Part shown: positions 1 to 13,200 of the stretch, piece after piece | How positions within the stretch are numbered: position 1 is the first letter of the stretch | Layout: each line of letters begins with the position of its first letter | NCBI GenBank assembly: GCA_013239625.1 | Contig: MU053606.1 | Coordinates: forward strand, 244,697-264,696 | Source: Lama guanicoe | Taxonomy: Eukaryota | DNA length: 20,000 nucleotides | Reading direction: 5' to 3' | The notes under the pieces: generated by a model | Told to the model about the DNA's origin: nothing | Database searches by the model: none | Seen by the model: the letters and a program-made list of their open reading frames with translations, nothing else | Translations under genes and position numbers: made by a program

Positions 1-2494
1 TTAGTTGGAGCTAATACCTCCCCAAATACATCTATGGAGTTTAGTTTCCAACTGAAAAGAAGCTTTGCGTAACCAACAGATAGGTGAAGGACAACTTTAA
101 CACAAACTAATCTCTCAGAGCTGAGCATGCGGACAGAAGCTCATTCATCTTGCACAAAGGGATCAGGTTGCAGGAGAAAACCTTACTCTGGTTTCTCAGT
201 CTGTTTCATTCTGCTTATTTGATTTTCTTGCATTTTTCAATTAAAAACCTGGTTGCTGATAATATCTCCCCATATATATGTATGTATTATAGTCTTCAGA
301 TAAAAAGAAACTGTGTTCCCAACAGGCTAGTTGAAATATTACTTTCACAAACACTTATCTCTCAGAAATGAGCATGTGTAGACATGTTATTTCATCTAGC
401 ACAAAGGGAACGGGTTGCAGGGGAAACACTTACTCCAGGTTCTCAGTGTGTTTCCTAGTGCCAATTTGAAATTCCTGCAGTTTTCACTGTAAAATCGAGT
501 TGGAGCTAGTCCCTCCCTATATATATGAATATAGTGTGGTTTCAAACTGAAAAGATACTTTGTGTTCCCAACAAGCTAGTTGAAGTACGGCTTTCACACA
601 CACTTATCTCTCAGATCTGACTGCGTGGAGAAACCTTCATTCATGTAGCAAAAATGGAATGGGTTTAAGGGGAAACAGTAACTCTGTTTTTGCAGTCTGC
701 TTCCTAATGTCGGTTTGAATTTCCTGCAGTTTTCACTGTTAAACCTAGTTGGACCTAGTATCAACCCATATATATTTATGTAGTTTAGTTTCCAACAGAA
801 AAGAAATTTTGTCTTCCCAACATGTTAGATGAAGGAAGGCTTTCACACACACATATCTTTCAGTACTGAGCACATAGATAGACTTTAGTTCATCGAGCAC
901 AAATGGAAATGTTTACAGGAGAAACACTTACTCTGGTTTCTCAGTCTCTTTCCTCGTGCCAGTTTGAAGTTCCTGCAGTTTTCACTGATAAACTGAGTTG
1001 GATCTAGTATCTCCCCAATATACATGTATGTAGTTTATTTCCAACTTAATAGAAACTTTGTGTAACCAACAAGCTTTGTGATGTACCCCTTTAACACAAA
1101 CCAATTTCTCAGAACTGAGCATGCAGACAGACTTTCGTTCATATAGCACAAGGGAACTGGTTGCAGGGGAAACACTTACTCTGGTTTAAAATCTGTTTTT
1201 TACTGCCGGTTTGAAATTCCTGCAGTTTTCACTGTAAATCTGAGTTGGAGCTAGCACCTCTGAATATATATGTATATATTGTAGATTCTAACTGAAAAGT
1301 AACTCTGTGTTCCCAACAATTTAGGTGAAGAACAGCTTTCACACATACTTATCTCTCAGAGTGAGCATGTGGAGAGACTTTCCTTCATCTGGCACAAAGG
1401 GATCATGTTGCAGGGGAAACACTTACTCTGGTTTCTAAGTCTCTTTCCTAGTGCCAGTTTGATGTTCCTGCTTATTTCACTGAAAAGCCAATTTGGAGCT
1501 AGTACCTCCCCAATATACATGTATGTAGTTTATACCAACTGAATAGAAAATTTGTGTAACCAACAAGCTAGGTGAAGGACGGCTTTCACACACTTACCTC
1601 TCAGAACTGAGCATGTGGAGAAAATTCGATCATCTAACAGAAAGGGAACAGATTGCCTGAGAAACACTCTGGTTTCTCAGTCTGTTTCCTACTGCTGATT
1701 TGAAGTTCCTGCCGTTTTCACTGTAAAGAGTGTTGGAGCTAGCACTTTCCCATTTTTATGTATAAAGTGTAGATTCCAACTGAAAAGAAACTTTGTGTTT
1801 CAAAGAAGGAAATGGAAGGTCGGCTTTCACACACACTTATCTCTCAGAACTGAGCATGTGGAGAGACGTTCGTTCATCTAGCACCGAGGGAACTCAATGC
1901 AGTAGAATAAATTACTCAAATTTCCCACTATCTTTCCTACTGCTGGTTTGAAGTACCTGCAGTTTTCACTGAAATACTGAGTTGGATCTAGTACCTCCCC
2001 ATATGTATGTATTAGTGTAGTTTCCAACTTAAAAGAAAGTTTGTGTTCCCAACAAGGTAGGTGAAGAACAGCATTCACACACACTTTTCTCACAGAACTG
2101 AGGATGTGGGGAGACCTTCATTGATCTAGCACAATGGGAACTGGTTGCAGGAGAAGTACTTAGTGTGATTTCTCAGACTTTTTCCTTGTGCCTGTTTGAA
2201 TATCTAACATTTTTCATTTTAAAATTGGTGTGGTGCTAGTATCTCCCCATATATATGTATGTTGTATACTTTCCAACTAAAAAGAAAATTAGTGTTTCCA
2301 ACAAGCTAGTTGAAATATTGCTTTCAAAAACTCTTATCTCTCAGAAATGAGTATGTTTAGAGATGTTAGTTCATCTAACACAAAGGGAACAGATTGCAGG
2401 TGTATAATTTACTCTGTTTTCTCAGTCTAATTCCTAGTGCTGAATAAATTTGCTGCAATTTTCAATGTAAAATAGTTGAAGCTAGTACCTCCCC

Positions 2495-2512
2495 ATATAT
2501 ATATATATATAT
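2495..2512. repeat. (AT)9 microsatellite within a monomer
   Basis: cccc-(AT)9-gtag replaces the consensus cccc-atatatatgtat-gtag. Confidence 0.9.
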
Positions 2513-5500
2513 GTAGTGTAGATTCCAAATTAAAAGAAAATTTCTGTTCACAACAAGCTAGTTGAAGGATGGCTTTCACCCTCAATTATCTCTCAGAAAT
2601 AAGCATGTAGATAGACGTTCTTTCATCTAGCTCCAAGGAAACGGGTTGCAGAAGAAAAGCTTGATCTGGTTTATCTGTATATTTTCTAGTGGCGGTTAGA
2701 AGTTCCTGAAGTATTCACTGTAAAACCAGTAGGAGCTAGTACCTCCCTATATAAATGTATGTAGTGTAGTTTCCAACTGAAAAGAAAGTTTCTATTCCCA
2801 ACAAGCTAGGTGAAGGACGGCTTACACACTCAATTATATCTCAGAACTGAACATGTTGAGAGACATTCGTTCATCTAGCACCAAGGGTATGGATTGCACA
2901 AGAAACACTTACTCTGGTTTCTCAGGCTGTTTCCTTGTGTCGGTTTGAAGTTCTTGCATTTTTCAATTTTAAACCAGTTTGGTGTTGCAACCTACTCATA
3001 TATATGTATGTAATATAGTTTCCAACTAGAAAGAAACTTTGTGTTCCCAAGAAGCGATTTGAAGGATTGCTCTCACATACAGTTATCTCTCAGAAACGAG
3101 CATGTGTACAAATATTAGTTCATCTTGCAAAAAGGGAATAGTTTGCAGGAGAAACACTTACTCTGCTTTCTCATTCTCTTTCCTAGTGCCAATTTGATGT
3201 TCCTGCTGTTTTCACTGTAAAACATAGTTGAAGCTAGAATCTCACCATATATATGTATGTACTGTACTGTCCAAATGAAAAGAAACTTTTTGCTCCCAAC
3301 AAGCTATGGGAAGGTGGATTTCACACACGCAAATCTCTCAGAAGTGAGCATGTGGATAGACATCCTTTCATCTAGCACAAAAGGAATGTGCTTCAGGAGA
3401 AAGATACTCTGGTTTCTCAGTCTGTTTCCTAGTGCCGGTTTGAAGTTCCTGCAGTTTTCTCTGAAAAACCTAGTTGAAGCTAGTACCTCCCCAATATACA
3501 TATATGTATTTGAGTTTCCAACTGAATAGAAACTTTGTGTAATGAACTAGCTAGGTGAAGTATGCCTTTAACACACAGTTATCTCTTAGAACTGAGCATG
3601 CAGACAGATAATAATTCATCTAGCACAAAAAGGAAGGTTTGCATGATAAAACACTTCTCTGGCTTCTCAGTCTGTTTCCTATTGCTTCTTTAAAGTTCTT
3701 GCATTTTCTAATTTAAAACCCGGTTGTTGCTAGTATCTCCACATATAAATGCATGTAGTATAGTTTCCAAATAAAAAGAAAGTTTGTGTTCCCAACAAGT
3801 TTGTTGAAATATTACTTTCACAAACACTTATCTCTCAGAAATGAGAATGTGAGCTGTTCATTGATCTAGCACAAAGGGAATGGTATGCAGGATAAAAACT
3901 TACTATGGTTTCTCAGTCTGTTTCCCAGTGCCAGGTTGAAGTTCCTGCAGTTTTCACTGTAAAACCGAGTTGGAGCTATTATTTCCCATATATATGTATA
4001 CAGTGTAGTTTACAATTGAAAAGAAATTTTGTTTTCCCAACAAGTTAGTTGAAGTTCAGCTTTCACACACACATATCTCTCAGAATTGGGTACGTGGTTA
4101 GACTTTCGTTTATTGAGCACAAATGGAACGGCTTGCAGTAGAAACAATTACTCTGGTTTTTCATTGTTTCCTTGTGCTGGTTTGAAATTCCTGCAGTTTT
4201 CACTATAAAACCTAGTTGGAGCTAGTACGTTCCCATGTATATGCATGTTGTGTTGTTCCCAACTGAAAAGAATCTTTGTGTTCTCAACAAGCTAGGTGTA
4301 AGTAGGCTTTCACTTTCAATTATCTCTCAGAACTGAGAATGTGCATAGACGTTCACTGATCTAACTCCATGGGAACGGGTTGCAGGGGAAACACATACTC
4401 TGGTTTCCAAGTCTTTTCCAAGGGCCGGTTTGAAGTTCCTACAGTTTTCACTGTAAAACCTAGTTTGAGCTAGATACTTCCCTATATATGTATTAGTGTA
4501 GTTTCCAAATATAAATAAACTTTGTGTTCCCAACAATGTAGGTGTAGGACGGCATTTACACACACCTATCTCTCAGTGCTGAGCATGTGGAAAGACGTTC
4601 TTTCATCTGACACAAAGGGAAGGCCTTGCAGGAGAAACACTTACTCTGGTTTCTCAGTCTCTTTCTTAGTTCCGGTTTGATGTTCCTGCAGTTTTGACTG
4701 AAAAACCGAGTTGGATCTATTACCTCTCCAATATACATGTATGTAGTTTAATTTCCAACTTAATAGAAACTTTGTGTAACCAACACGCTTTGTGAACTAT
4801 GCCTTTATCCCAACATAATCTCTCAGTACTGAGCATGTGGACAGACGTTCTTTCATATACACAAAGTTAACTGGTTGCAGGAGAAACACTTATTCTGGTT
4901 TCCCAATCTGTTTCCTAATGCCGGTTGAAATTCCTGCATTTATCACTGTAATACCGAGTTGGAGCTGGTACCTCCCCATATAAAAGTATGTAGTGTAGAT
5001 TCCAACTGAAAAGAAACTTTGTTTTCCCAACAACATAAATGAAGGACGGCTTTCATGCACACTAATTTCTCAGATCTGGGTTCGTGGAGAAGCGTTCACT
5101 CATCTAGCACAAAGGGAACTGGTTGCAGGAAAAACAATTACTGTGGTTTCTCATTCTGTTTCGTAGTGCCGGGATGTAGTTCCTGCAGTTTTCCTTCTAA
5201 ACCTGATTTGGTGCTAGTACCTCCCCATATATATATTTATGTAGTATAGTTTCCAACTGAAAAGAAACTTTGTGTTCCCAACAAGCTAGGTGAGGGAAGG
5301 CGTTCATTCTCACTTCTATCTCAGAACTGAGCAGGTGGATATACTTTCGTTCATCTATCTCTGATTGAAGGGGCTGCAGGAGAATCACATAATCTGGTTT
5401 CTCAGTCTGTTTCCTAGTGCCAGTTTGAATTTCTTGCAGTTTTCACTCTAAAACTTAGTTGGAGCTTATACCTCCCCATATATATGTATAGAGTGTAGAT

Positions 5501-7531
5501 CCGAACTGAAAATAAACTTTCTGTTCCCAACAAGCTAGGTGAAGGACAGCTTTCACTTCCAATTATCTCTCAGAACTGAGAATGTGGAGAGAATTTCATT
5601 GACCTTGCTCCAAGGGAACGGGTTGCAGTAGAAACACATACTCTGGTTTCCCTGTCTTTTCCTAGTGCTGGTATGAAGTTCCTGCTGTTTTCACTGTAAA
5701 ACCGTGTTGGAGTTATTATCTCCCCATATATATGTTTATACTGTAGTTTCCAACTGAAAAGAAATTTTGTGTTCCCAACAATTAATGTGAAGTTCGGCTT
5801 TCACACACACCTATGTCTCAGAACTGAGCACTCAGAGACTTTAGTCCATCGAGCACAAATGGAACTCTTTACAGGAGAAACACTTACTCTGGTTTCTCAG
5901 TATTTTTTTTAGTGCCGGTTTGAAGCTTCTGCAATTTTCACTGAAAACCGAGTTGGCGATAGTACCTCCCCAATATACATGTACGTAGTTTATTTTTCAA
6001 CAGAGTAGAAACTTTGTGTAACCAACTAGCTAGGTGAAGTATGCCTTTAACACAAACTAATCTCTCAGAACTGAGCATGCAGACAGATGCTCATTCATCT
6101 AACACAAACGATCGGGTTTCACGAGAAAGCCTTTCTCTTGTTTCTGAGTCTGATTCCTAGTGCTTCCCTGAAGTTCTTGCATTTTTCAATTTAAAACTGA
6201 GTTGGTGCTACAAACTCCCCATATATATTTATGTAATGTAGTTTCCAACTAGAAAGGATCTTTCTGTTCCCAACAAGCTATTTGAACGATTGCTTTCACA
6301 AAGTTATTTCTCAGAAATGAGCATGTGTAGAGATGATTGTTCATCTAGCAAAAAGGGAAATGTTTGCAGGAGAAACACTTACTCTGCTTTCTCAGTCTCT
6401 TTCCTAGTGCTGATTTGAAGTTTCTTCAGTTTTCACTATAAAATCAATTTGGATCTACAAACTCCCCATGTATATGTAAGTACAGTATTGTCCAACTGAA
6501 AAGAAACATTTTGTTCCCAACAAGCTATGGGAAGGTGGTTTTCACACACACATATCTCTCAGAACTGAGCATGTGGAGAGTAGTTCTTTCATCTAGCAAA
6601 AAGGAAATGCGTTGCAGTATAAATATTTAGTATGGTTTCTTCATTCTTTTTCCTAATGCCGGTTTGATATTCCTGTAGTTTTCACTGAAAAACTGAGTTG
6701 GAACTAGTACCTCCCCATATTTATGTATGTAGTGTAATTTCTAAATGAAAAGAAAATTTGTGTTCTCAACAAGCTAGGTGAAGCTCGGCTTTCCATCTCA
6801 CTTATCCCTCAGAACTGAGCATGTGGATAGAATTTCTTCATCTATCACTAATCGAAAGTTTTGCAGGAGAAACACTTACTCTGGTTTCCCAATCTGTTTC
6901 CTAGTGCCGGTGTGACGTTCTTGCAGTTTTCACTGAAAAACGAGTTGGAGTTAGTACCTCCCAAATATACATATATGTAGATTATTTTCCAACTGAATAG
7001 AAACTTTGTGAAACCAACTAGCTATGTGAAGTATGCCTTTAACACAAACTAATCTCTCAGAAATGAGCATGCGGAAAGGCGCTCATTCATCTAGCACAAA
7101 GGATCAGGTTGCATGAGAAAACCTTTCTCTGGTTTCTCAGTCTGTTTCCTATTGCTTGTTTGAAGTTCTAGCATTTTTCAATTTAAAACCGAGTTGGTTC
7201 TAATATCTCCCCATTTATATGTATGTAGTATAGTTTTGAACTAAAAAGAAACTTTCTGTTCCCACCATGCTAGTTGAAATATTACTTTCACTAACACATC
7301 TCTCAGATGAGCATGTGTAGAGAAGTTAGTTCATCCAGCACAAAGGTATCAGTTTGCAGGAGAATCACTTACTGTGTTTTCTCTGTCTGATTCCTAATGC
7401 CAGTTTGAATTTCCTGCAGTTTCCTCTGTAAAATTGAGTTGAAGCTAGTACCTCCCCATATGTATGTATGTACTGTAGTGTACATCTAAAAACAATGTGT
7501 CTGTTCCCAGCAAGCTAGGTGAAGGACTGCT

Positions 7532-7545
7532 CACACACACACACA
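7532..7545. repeat. (CA)7 short microsatellite within a monomer
   Basis: Extension of the consensus tttcacacacac tract. Confidence 0.7.
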
Positions 7546-10182
7546 TATCTCTCAGAACTGAGAACGTGGATATACTTTTGTTCATCGAAGACAAATTGAA
7601 CGGATTGCAGGAGAAACAATTACTCTGGTTTTTCACTGTTTCCTAGTGCTGGGTTGAATTTCCTCCTGTTTTCACTATAAAACAGAGCTGGAGCTAGTAC
7701 CTGCCCATGTATATGTATGTTTTGTTGTTCCCAACTGAAAAGGAACTTTGTGTTCCCAACAAGCAAGATGAAGGAAGGCTTTCATTTTCAATTATCTCTC
7801 ATAACTGTGAATGTGGATAGACTTTCGTTGATCTAGCTGCAAGGAAACGGGTTCCAGTAGAAACACATACTCTGGTTTCCCAGACTTTTCCTAGTGCCGG
7901 TATGAAGTTCCTGCTGTTTCTACAGTAAAACCATGTTTTATTTATTATCTCCCCTTATATATGTATATAGTGTAGTTTCCAACTGAAAAGGAATTTTGTG
8001 TTCCCAACAAGTTAGGTGAAGGTCAGCTTTCACACACACATATGTCTCAGCACTGCACGTGGATAGACTTTATTTCTTTGAGCACAAATGGGACTGTTTG
8101 AAGGAGAAGACTTACTCTGGTTTCTCAGGCTGTTTCCTAGTGCTGATTTGAAGTTCTTGCATTTTTTTTAATTTTAACCAGGTTGGTGCTACATCTTCCC
8201 CATATATATGTATGTGATATAGTTTCCAACTAGAAAGAATCTTTCTGTTCCCAGCAAGCAATTTGAAGGAGCACTTTCACAAACAGTTATTTCTCCAAAA
8301 TGAGCATGTGTAGAGATGATAGTTCACCTAGCAAAAAGGGAAATGTTTGCAGGGGAAACACTTACTCTGCTTTCTCATTCTCTTTCCTAGTGCCGATTTG
8401 AAGTTCCTGCACTTTTCACTATAAAACCTAGTTGGAGATACAACCTCTCAATATATATGTACGTACTGTAGTGTCCAACTTAAAAGAAACTTTTTGTTCC
8501 CAACAAGCTATGGGAAGGCAGCTTTCACACACACAAATATCTCAGAACTTAGCATGTGGAGCGTCCTTCTTTCATCTAGCACAATTGGTATGCATTGCAG
8601 GAGAACATTTATTATGGTTTCTTCAGTATGTTTCCTAATGCCAGTTTGATGTTCCTGCAGTTTTCACTGAAAAAACGAGTTGGATCTAGTTCCTCCCCAA
8701 TATACATGTATGTAGTTTACTTTCCAATTGAATAGGAATTTTGTGTAACCAACTAGCAAGGTGAAGTACGTCTTTAACACAAACAAATCCCTCAGAAATG
8801 AGCATGCGGACAGATGCTCATTCATCTAGCACAAAAGGTTCGAACTGCATGAGAAAAGCATTCTATGGTTTATTCCTCTGTTTTGTAGTGCTTGTTTGAA
8901 GTTCTTGCATTTTTCAATTTAGAACCCTCTTGGTGCTAGTATCTCCCCATATATATGTATGTAGTATAGTTTCCAACAAAAAGAAACTTTGTTTTTCCAA
9001 CAAGGTAGTTGAAATATTGCTTTAAGAAACACTTAACTCTCAAAAATTAGCATGTGTAGAGGTGTTAGTTCATCTAGCACAAAGGGAACGGATTGCAGGA
9101 GTAACCATTTCTCTGGTTTCTCAGTCTGTTTTCTAGTGCCAAATGAATGTGTTGCAGTTTTCAATGTAAAACCTAGTTGAAGCGAGTACATCCCCATATA
9201 TATTTATGTAGTGTAGTTTCAAACTTGAAAGAAAGTTTATTTTCCCAACAAGTTAGGTGAAGGATGGCTTTCACTCTCAATTATCTCTCAGAACTGAGCA
9301 TGTGGATAGACTTTCATTCATCGAGCCCATTGGGAATGGTTTGCAGGGAAACACTTCCTCTGGTTTCTCAGTCTGTTTCGTAGTGCCAGTTTGAAGTTCC
9401 TGCAGTTTTCACTGAGAAACCGTGTTGGAGCTACTACCTCCCCAACATAAATGTATGTAGATTATTTTCCAACTGAATAAAAACTGTGTGTATCAAACTA
9501 GCTAAGTGAAGTACACCCTTAACAAAAAGTAGTCTCTCAGAAATGAGTATTGCAGACAGACGCTCATTCATCTATGGCAAAAGGATGGGTTGCATGAGAA
9601 AAGCTTTGTCTGGTTCTCAGTCTTTTTCCTAGTGCTTGTTTAATATTCTTGCATTTTTCAATTAAAAACTGGGTTGGTGCTAGGATCTCCCCTTATTTAT
9701 CTATGTAGTATAGTTTCCAACTATAAAGAAATTTTGTGTTCCCAACAAGCAAGTTGAAATTTTACTTTCACAAAAACTTATCTCTCAGAAATGAACATGT
9801 TTAGAGATGTTACTTCATCTAGCACTAAGGGAGCAGTTGCAGGAGAAACACTTACTCTGGTTTCTGTCTGTTTCCTAGTGCAGATTTGAAGTTCCAGCAC
9901 TTTTCACTGTAAAACATAGTTGGAGCGAGTACCTCCCCATATATATTTATGTATGTAGTTTACAACTGGAAAGAAACTTTGTGTTCCCTTAAAGGTAGGT
10001 GAATAACAGCTTTCACACACAATTTTCTCTCAGAACTGAGCATGTGGAAAGACGCTCATTGATCTAGCACAAAGGGAACGGGTTGCAGGAGAAACACATA
10101 CTGTGGATTCTCAGGCTTTTTCAAAGTGCCTGTTTGAATTTCTAACATTTTTCAATTTAAAGCCGGGTTGCTGCTTGCATCT

Positions 10183-10185
<3 letters not shown>

Positions 10186-10213
<28 letters not shown>
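10186..10213. repeat. (TA)14 microsatellite within a monomer
   Basis: Pure 28-nt TA run at the same monomer position as 2495 and 18151. Confidence 0.92.
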
Positions 10214-10219
<6 letters not shown>

Positions 10220-13200
10220 CTTCCACCTTAAAAGAAACTTTGTGTTCCCAATAAGCTAAATGAAATATTCCTTTCACAAACACTTATCTCTCAGAAATGA
10301 GCATGTGTAGAAATGTTAGTTCATCTAGCACAAAGGGAACGAATTGCAGGAGAAACAATTACTCTGGTTTCTCAGTCTGTTTCCTAGTGCTGAATATATC
10401 TCTTGCAGTTTTCAATGTAAAACCTAGTTGGAACTAGTATCTCCTCATATATACATACATAGAATAGTGTCCAACCAAAAAGAAACAATTTGTTCCCAGC
10501 AAGCTATGGGAAGGACAGCTTTCACACACACATATATCTCAGAACTGATCACGTGTATAGACTTTCATTCACTGAGCACAAAGGGAAATGTTTGCAGGGG
10601 AAAAAATTACTCTGGTTTATAAATATTTTTCCTATTGCCGGTTTGAAATTCCTACAGTTTTCACTGTAAAACCGAGTTATATCTATTTCCTCCCCATATA
10701 TATGTTTATAGTGTAGTTTCCAACTTAAAAGAAACTTAATGATCCCAACAAGCTAGGTGAATGCAGCTTTCACACACACTTATGTCTCAGAAATTAGCAT
10801 GTGGGAAGAATTTCAATCAACTGGCACAAAGGGAACTTGTTGTAGAGGAAACACTAACTCTGGATTCTCAGCCAGCTTTCTAGTGCTGGTATGAAGATCC
10901 TGCAGATTTCACTGTAAATCCGAGTTGGAGCTAGAACCTCTCCATATATATGTACATTGTCTAGTTTCCAACTAAAAAGAAAATTTGTGTTCCCAACAAG
11001 CTAGGTGAAGTTCAGCTTTCACACTCACTTATCTCTCTGAACTGAGGACATGGAGAGACGTTAATTCATCTAGCTCCAAGTGAAAGAATTGCACGAGAAA
11101 CACACAGTCTGATTTCCCAGTCGAATTCCTAGTTCTGGTTTGAAGTTCCTGCATTTGTCACTGTAAAACCGATTTTGAGCTAGAACCTCCCTATATGTAT
11201 GTAAGTAGTGTAGATTAAAACTGAAAAGAAACTTTGTTTTCCCTACAAGCTAGGTGAAGGGAGGCTTCCACACAGACTTATTTCTCAGAACAGACCACAT
11301 GGAATATCTTTTTTTTATATAGCACAAAAGGAATGGGTTAAAGGGGAAACACTTTCTCTAGTTTCCCAATCTGTTTCCTAGTGCCAGTTTGAAGTTCCAG
11401 CAGTTTTCACTGTAAACCAGAGATGGAGCTAATACCTCCCCATATATATGTGTATACTGTCTTTTCCAACTGAAAAGAAATTTTGTGTTCCCAACAAGCT
11501 AGGTGAAGTATGGCATTCACACACACATATCTCTCAGAACTGAGCACTTGGATAGACTTTTTGTTCATCGAGCATATAGTGAATGGTTTGCAAGAGAAAC
11601 ACATACTCTGGGATCTCAAGGTCTTTCCTAGTGCTTGTCAGATGTTCCTGCAGTTTTCACTGTAAAATCTAGTTGGAGCTAGTACCTCCCCATATATAAT
11701 TATGTAGTGTAATTTACAACTGAATAGATAATTTGTATTCCCAACAAGCTAGGTGAAGGATGCCTTTCACAGTCACTTATTTCTCAGACTTGATCATGAG
11801 GAGAGATGTTCAATCATCTAGCACTAAGGGTAAGGATCACACAAAAATCCCTTACTCTGGCTTCTCAGGCTAATTCCTAGTGCCATTTTGAAGTACTAGC
11901 ATTTTTTAATTTTAAACCAGGTTGTCGCTAGTACCTCCCCATATAAATGTATGTAATATAGTTTCCAACTAGAAAGAAACTTTGTGTTCCCAAAAAGATA
12001 TTTGAAGGATTGCTTTCAAAAACAGTTATCTCTCAGAAATGAGCATGTGTAGAGATGATAGCTCATGTAGGAAAAAGGGAACGGGTTGCAGGAGAAACAC
12101 TTTCTCTGGTTTCTCAATCTGTTACTTCATGCCGATTAGAAGTTCCTGCAGTTTTCACTGTAAAACTGAGTGGGAGCTAGCATCTCCCCATATATATGTA
12201 CGTACTGTAGTGCCTAAATGAATAGAAACATTTCATTCCCAACAAGCTATGGGAAGACGGCTTTCACACACACAAATCTCTCAGAACTGAGCATGTGGAG
12301 AGCCATTCTTTCATTTAGCACAAAGCTTTTGTGTTGCAGGACAAACATGAAAATTGGTTTCTTCAGTCTGTTTCCAAATGCTGCTTTGAAGTTCCTGCAG
12401 TTTTCACTGAAAAACCAAGCTGGTACTAGTAACTCTCCATTTGCATTTTTTAGTGAAGTTCCCAACTGAAAAGAAACTTTGTGTTCTCAACAATCTAGGT
12501 GGAGGACGGCTTTCACACACATTTCTATCTCAGAATTGAGCATATGGAGAGTCTTTCTTTAATCTAGTAGAAAGGAACACATTGCAGGAGAAAAAATTAC
12601 TCTGGCTTGTCTGTCTATTTGCAAGCGCTGGTTTGAAATTCCTGCAGTTTTCACTGAAAAACCAAGTTGGATTGAATACCTCCCCAATATAAATGTATGT
12701 AGTTTAGTTTCCAACTGAATAGAAACATTGTGTAACCAACAAGCTAGGTGAAGTAAGCATTTAAGACAATCTAAACTCTCAGAAATTAGCATGTGGACAG
12801 ACTCTCATTCATTAAGCACAAAGGGATCGGTTTGCACGACAAACTCTTCCTCTGGTTTCTCAGTCTGTTTCCTAGTTCCTGTTTGAAGTTCTTGCATTTT
12901 TCAATTTAAAATCATTATGGTGCCAATATCTCCCCTTATATATGTGTGTAGTATAGTTTCAATGTAAAAAGAGACTTTCTATTTCCAACAAACTAGTTGA
13001 AATTTTGCTTTCACAAACACTTATCTCTCAGAAATGAGCATGTGTAGAGATGTTAGTTCATCTAGCTTAAAGGGAACGTGTAGCAGGAAGAACATTTACT
13101 ATGATTTCTTCGGTGTGCGTCATAATGCCGATTGGATACTCCTGCATTTTTCACTGTAAAGTATAGTTGGAACTAGTACCTCCCCATATATATGTATGTA

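Noticed and set aside
1..249. Internal sub-repeat of the monomer (four CTAG sites, two tctcag ~81 bp apart)
   Set aside because: Spacings are uneven (about 70, 69, 59 and 51) and the flanks do not align convincingly. A computed self-alignment would be needed.
5159..5174. TTTCGTAGTGCCGGGA as an intact CENP-B box
   Set aside because: It has only 6 nt between TTCG and CGGG where 7 are needed, lacks the core A at the required position, and occurs in a single copy. I saw no canonical box on either strand by eye.
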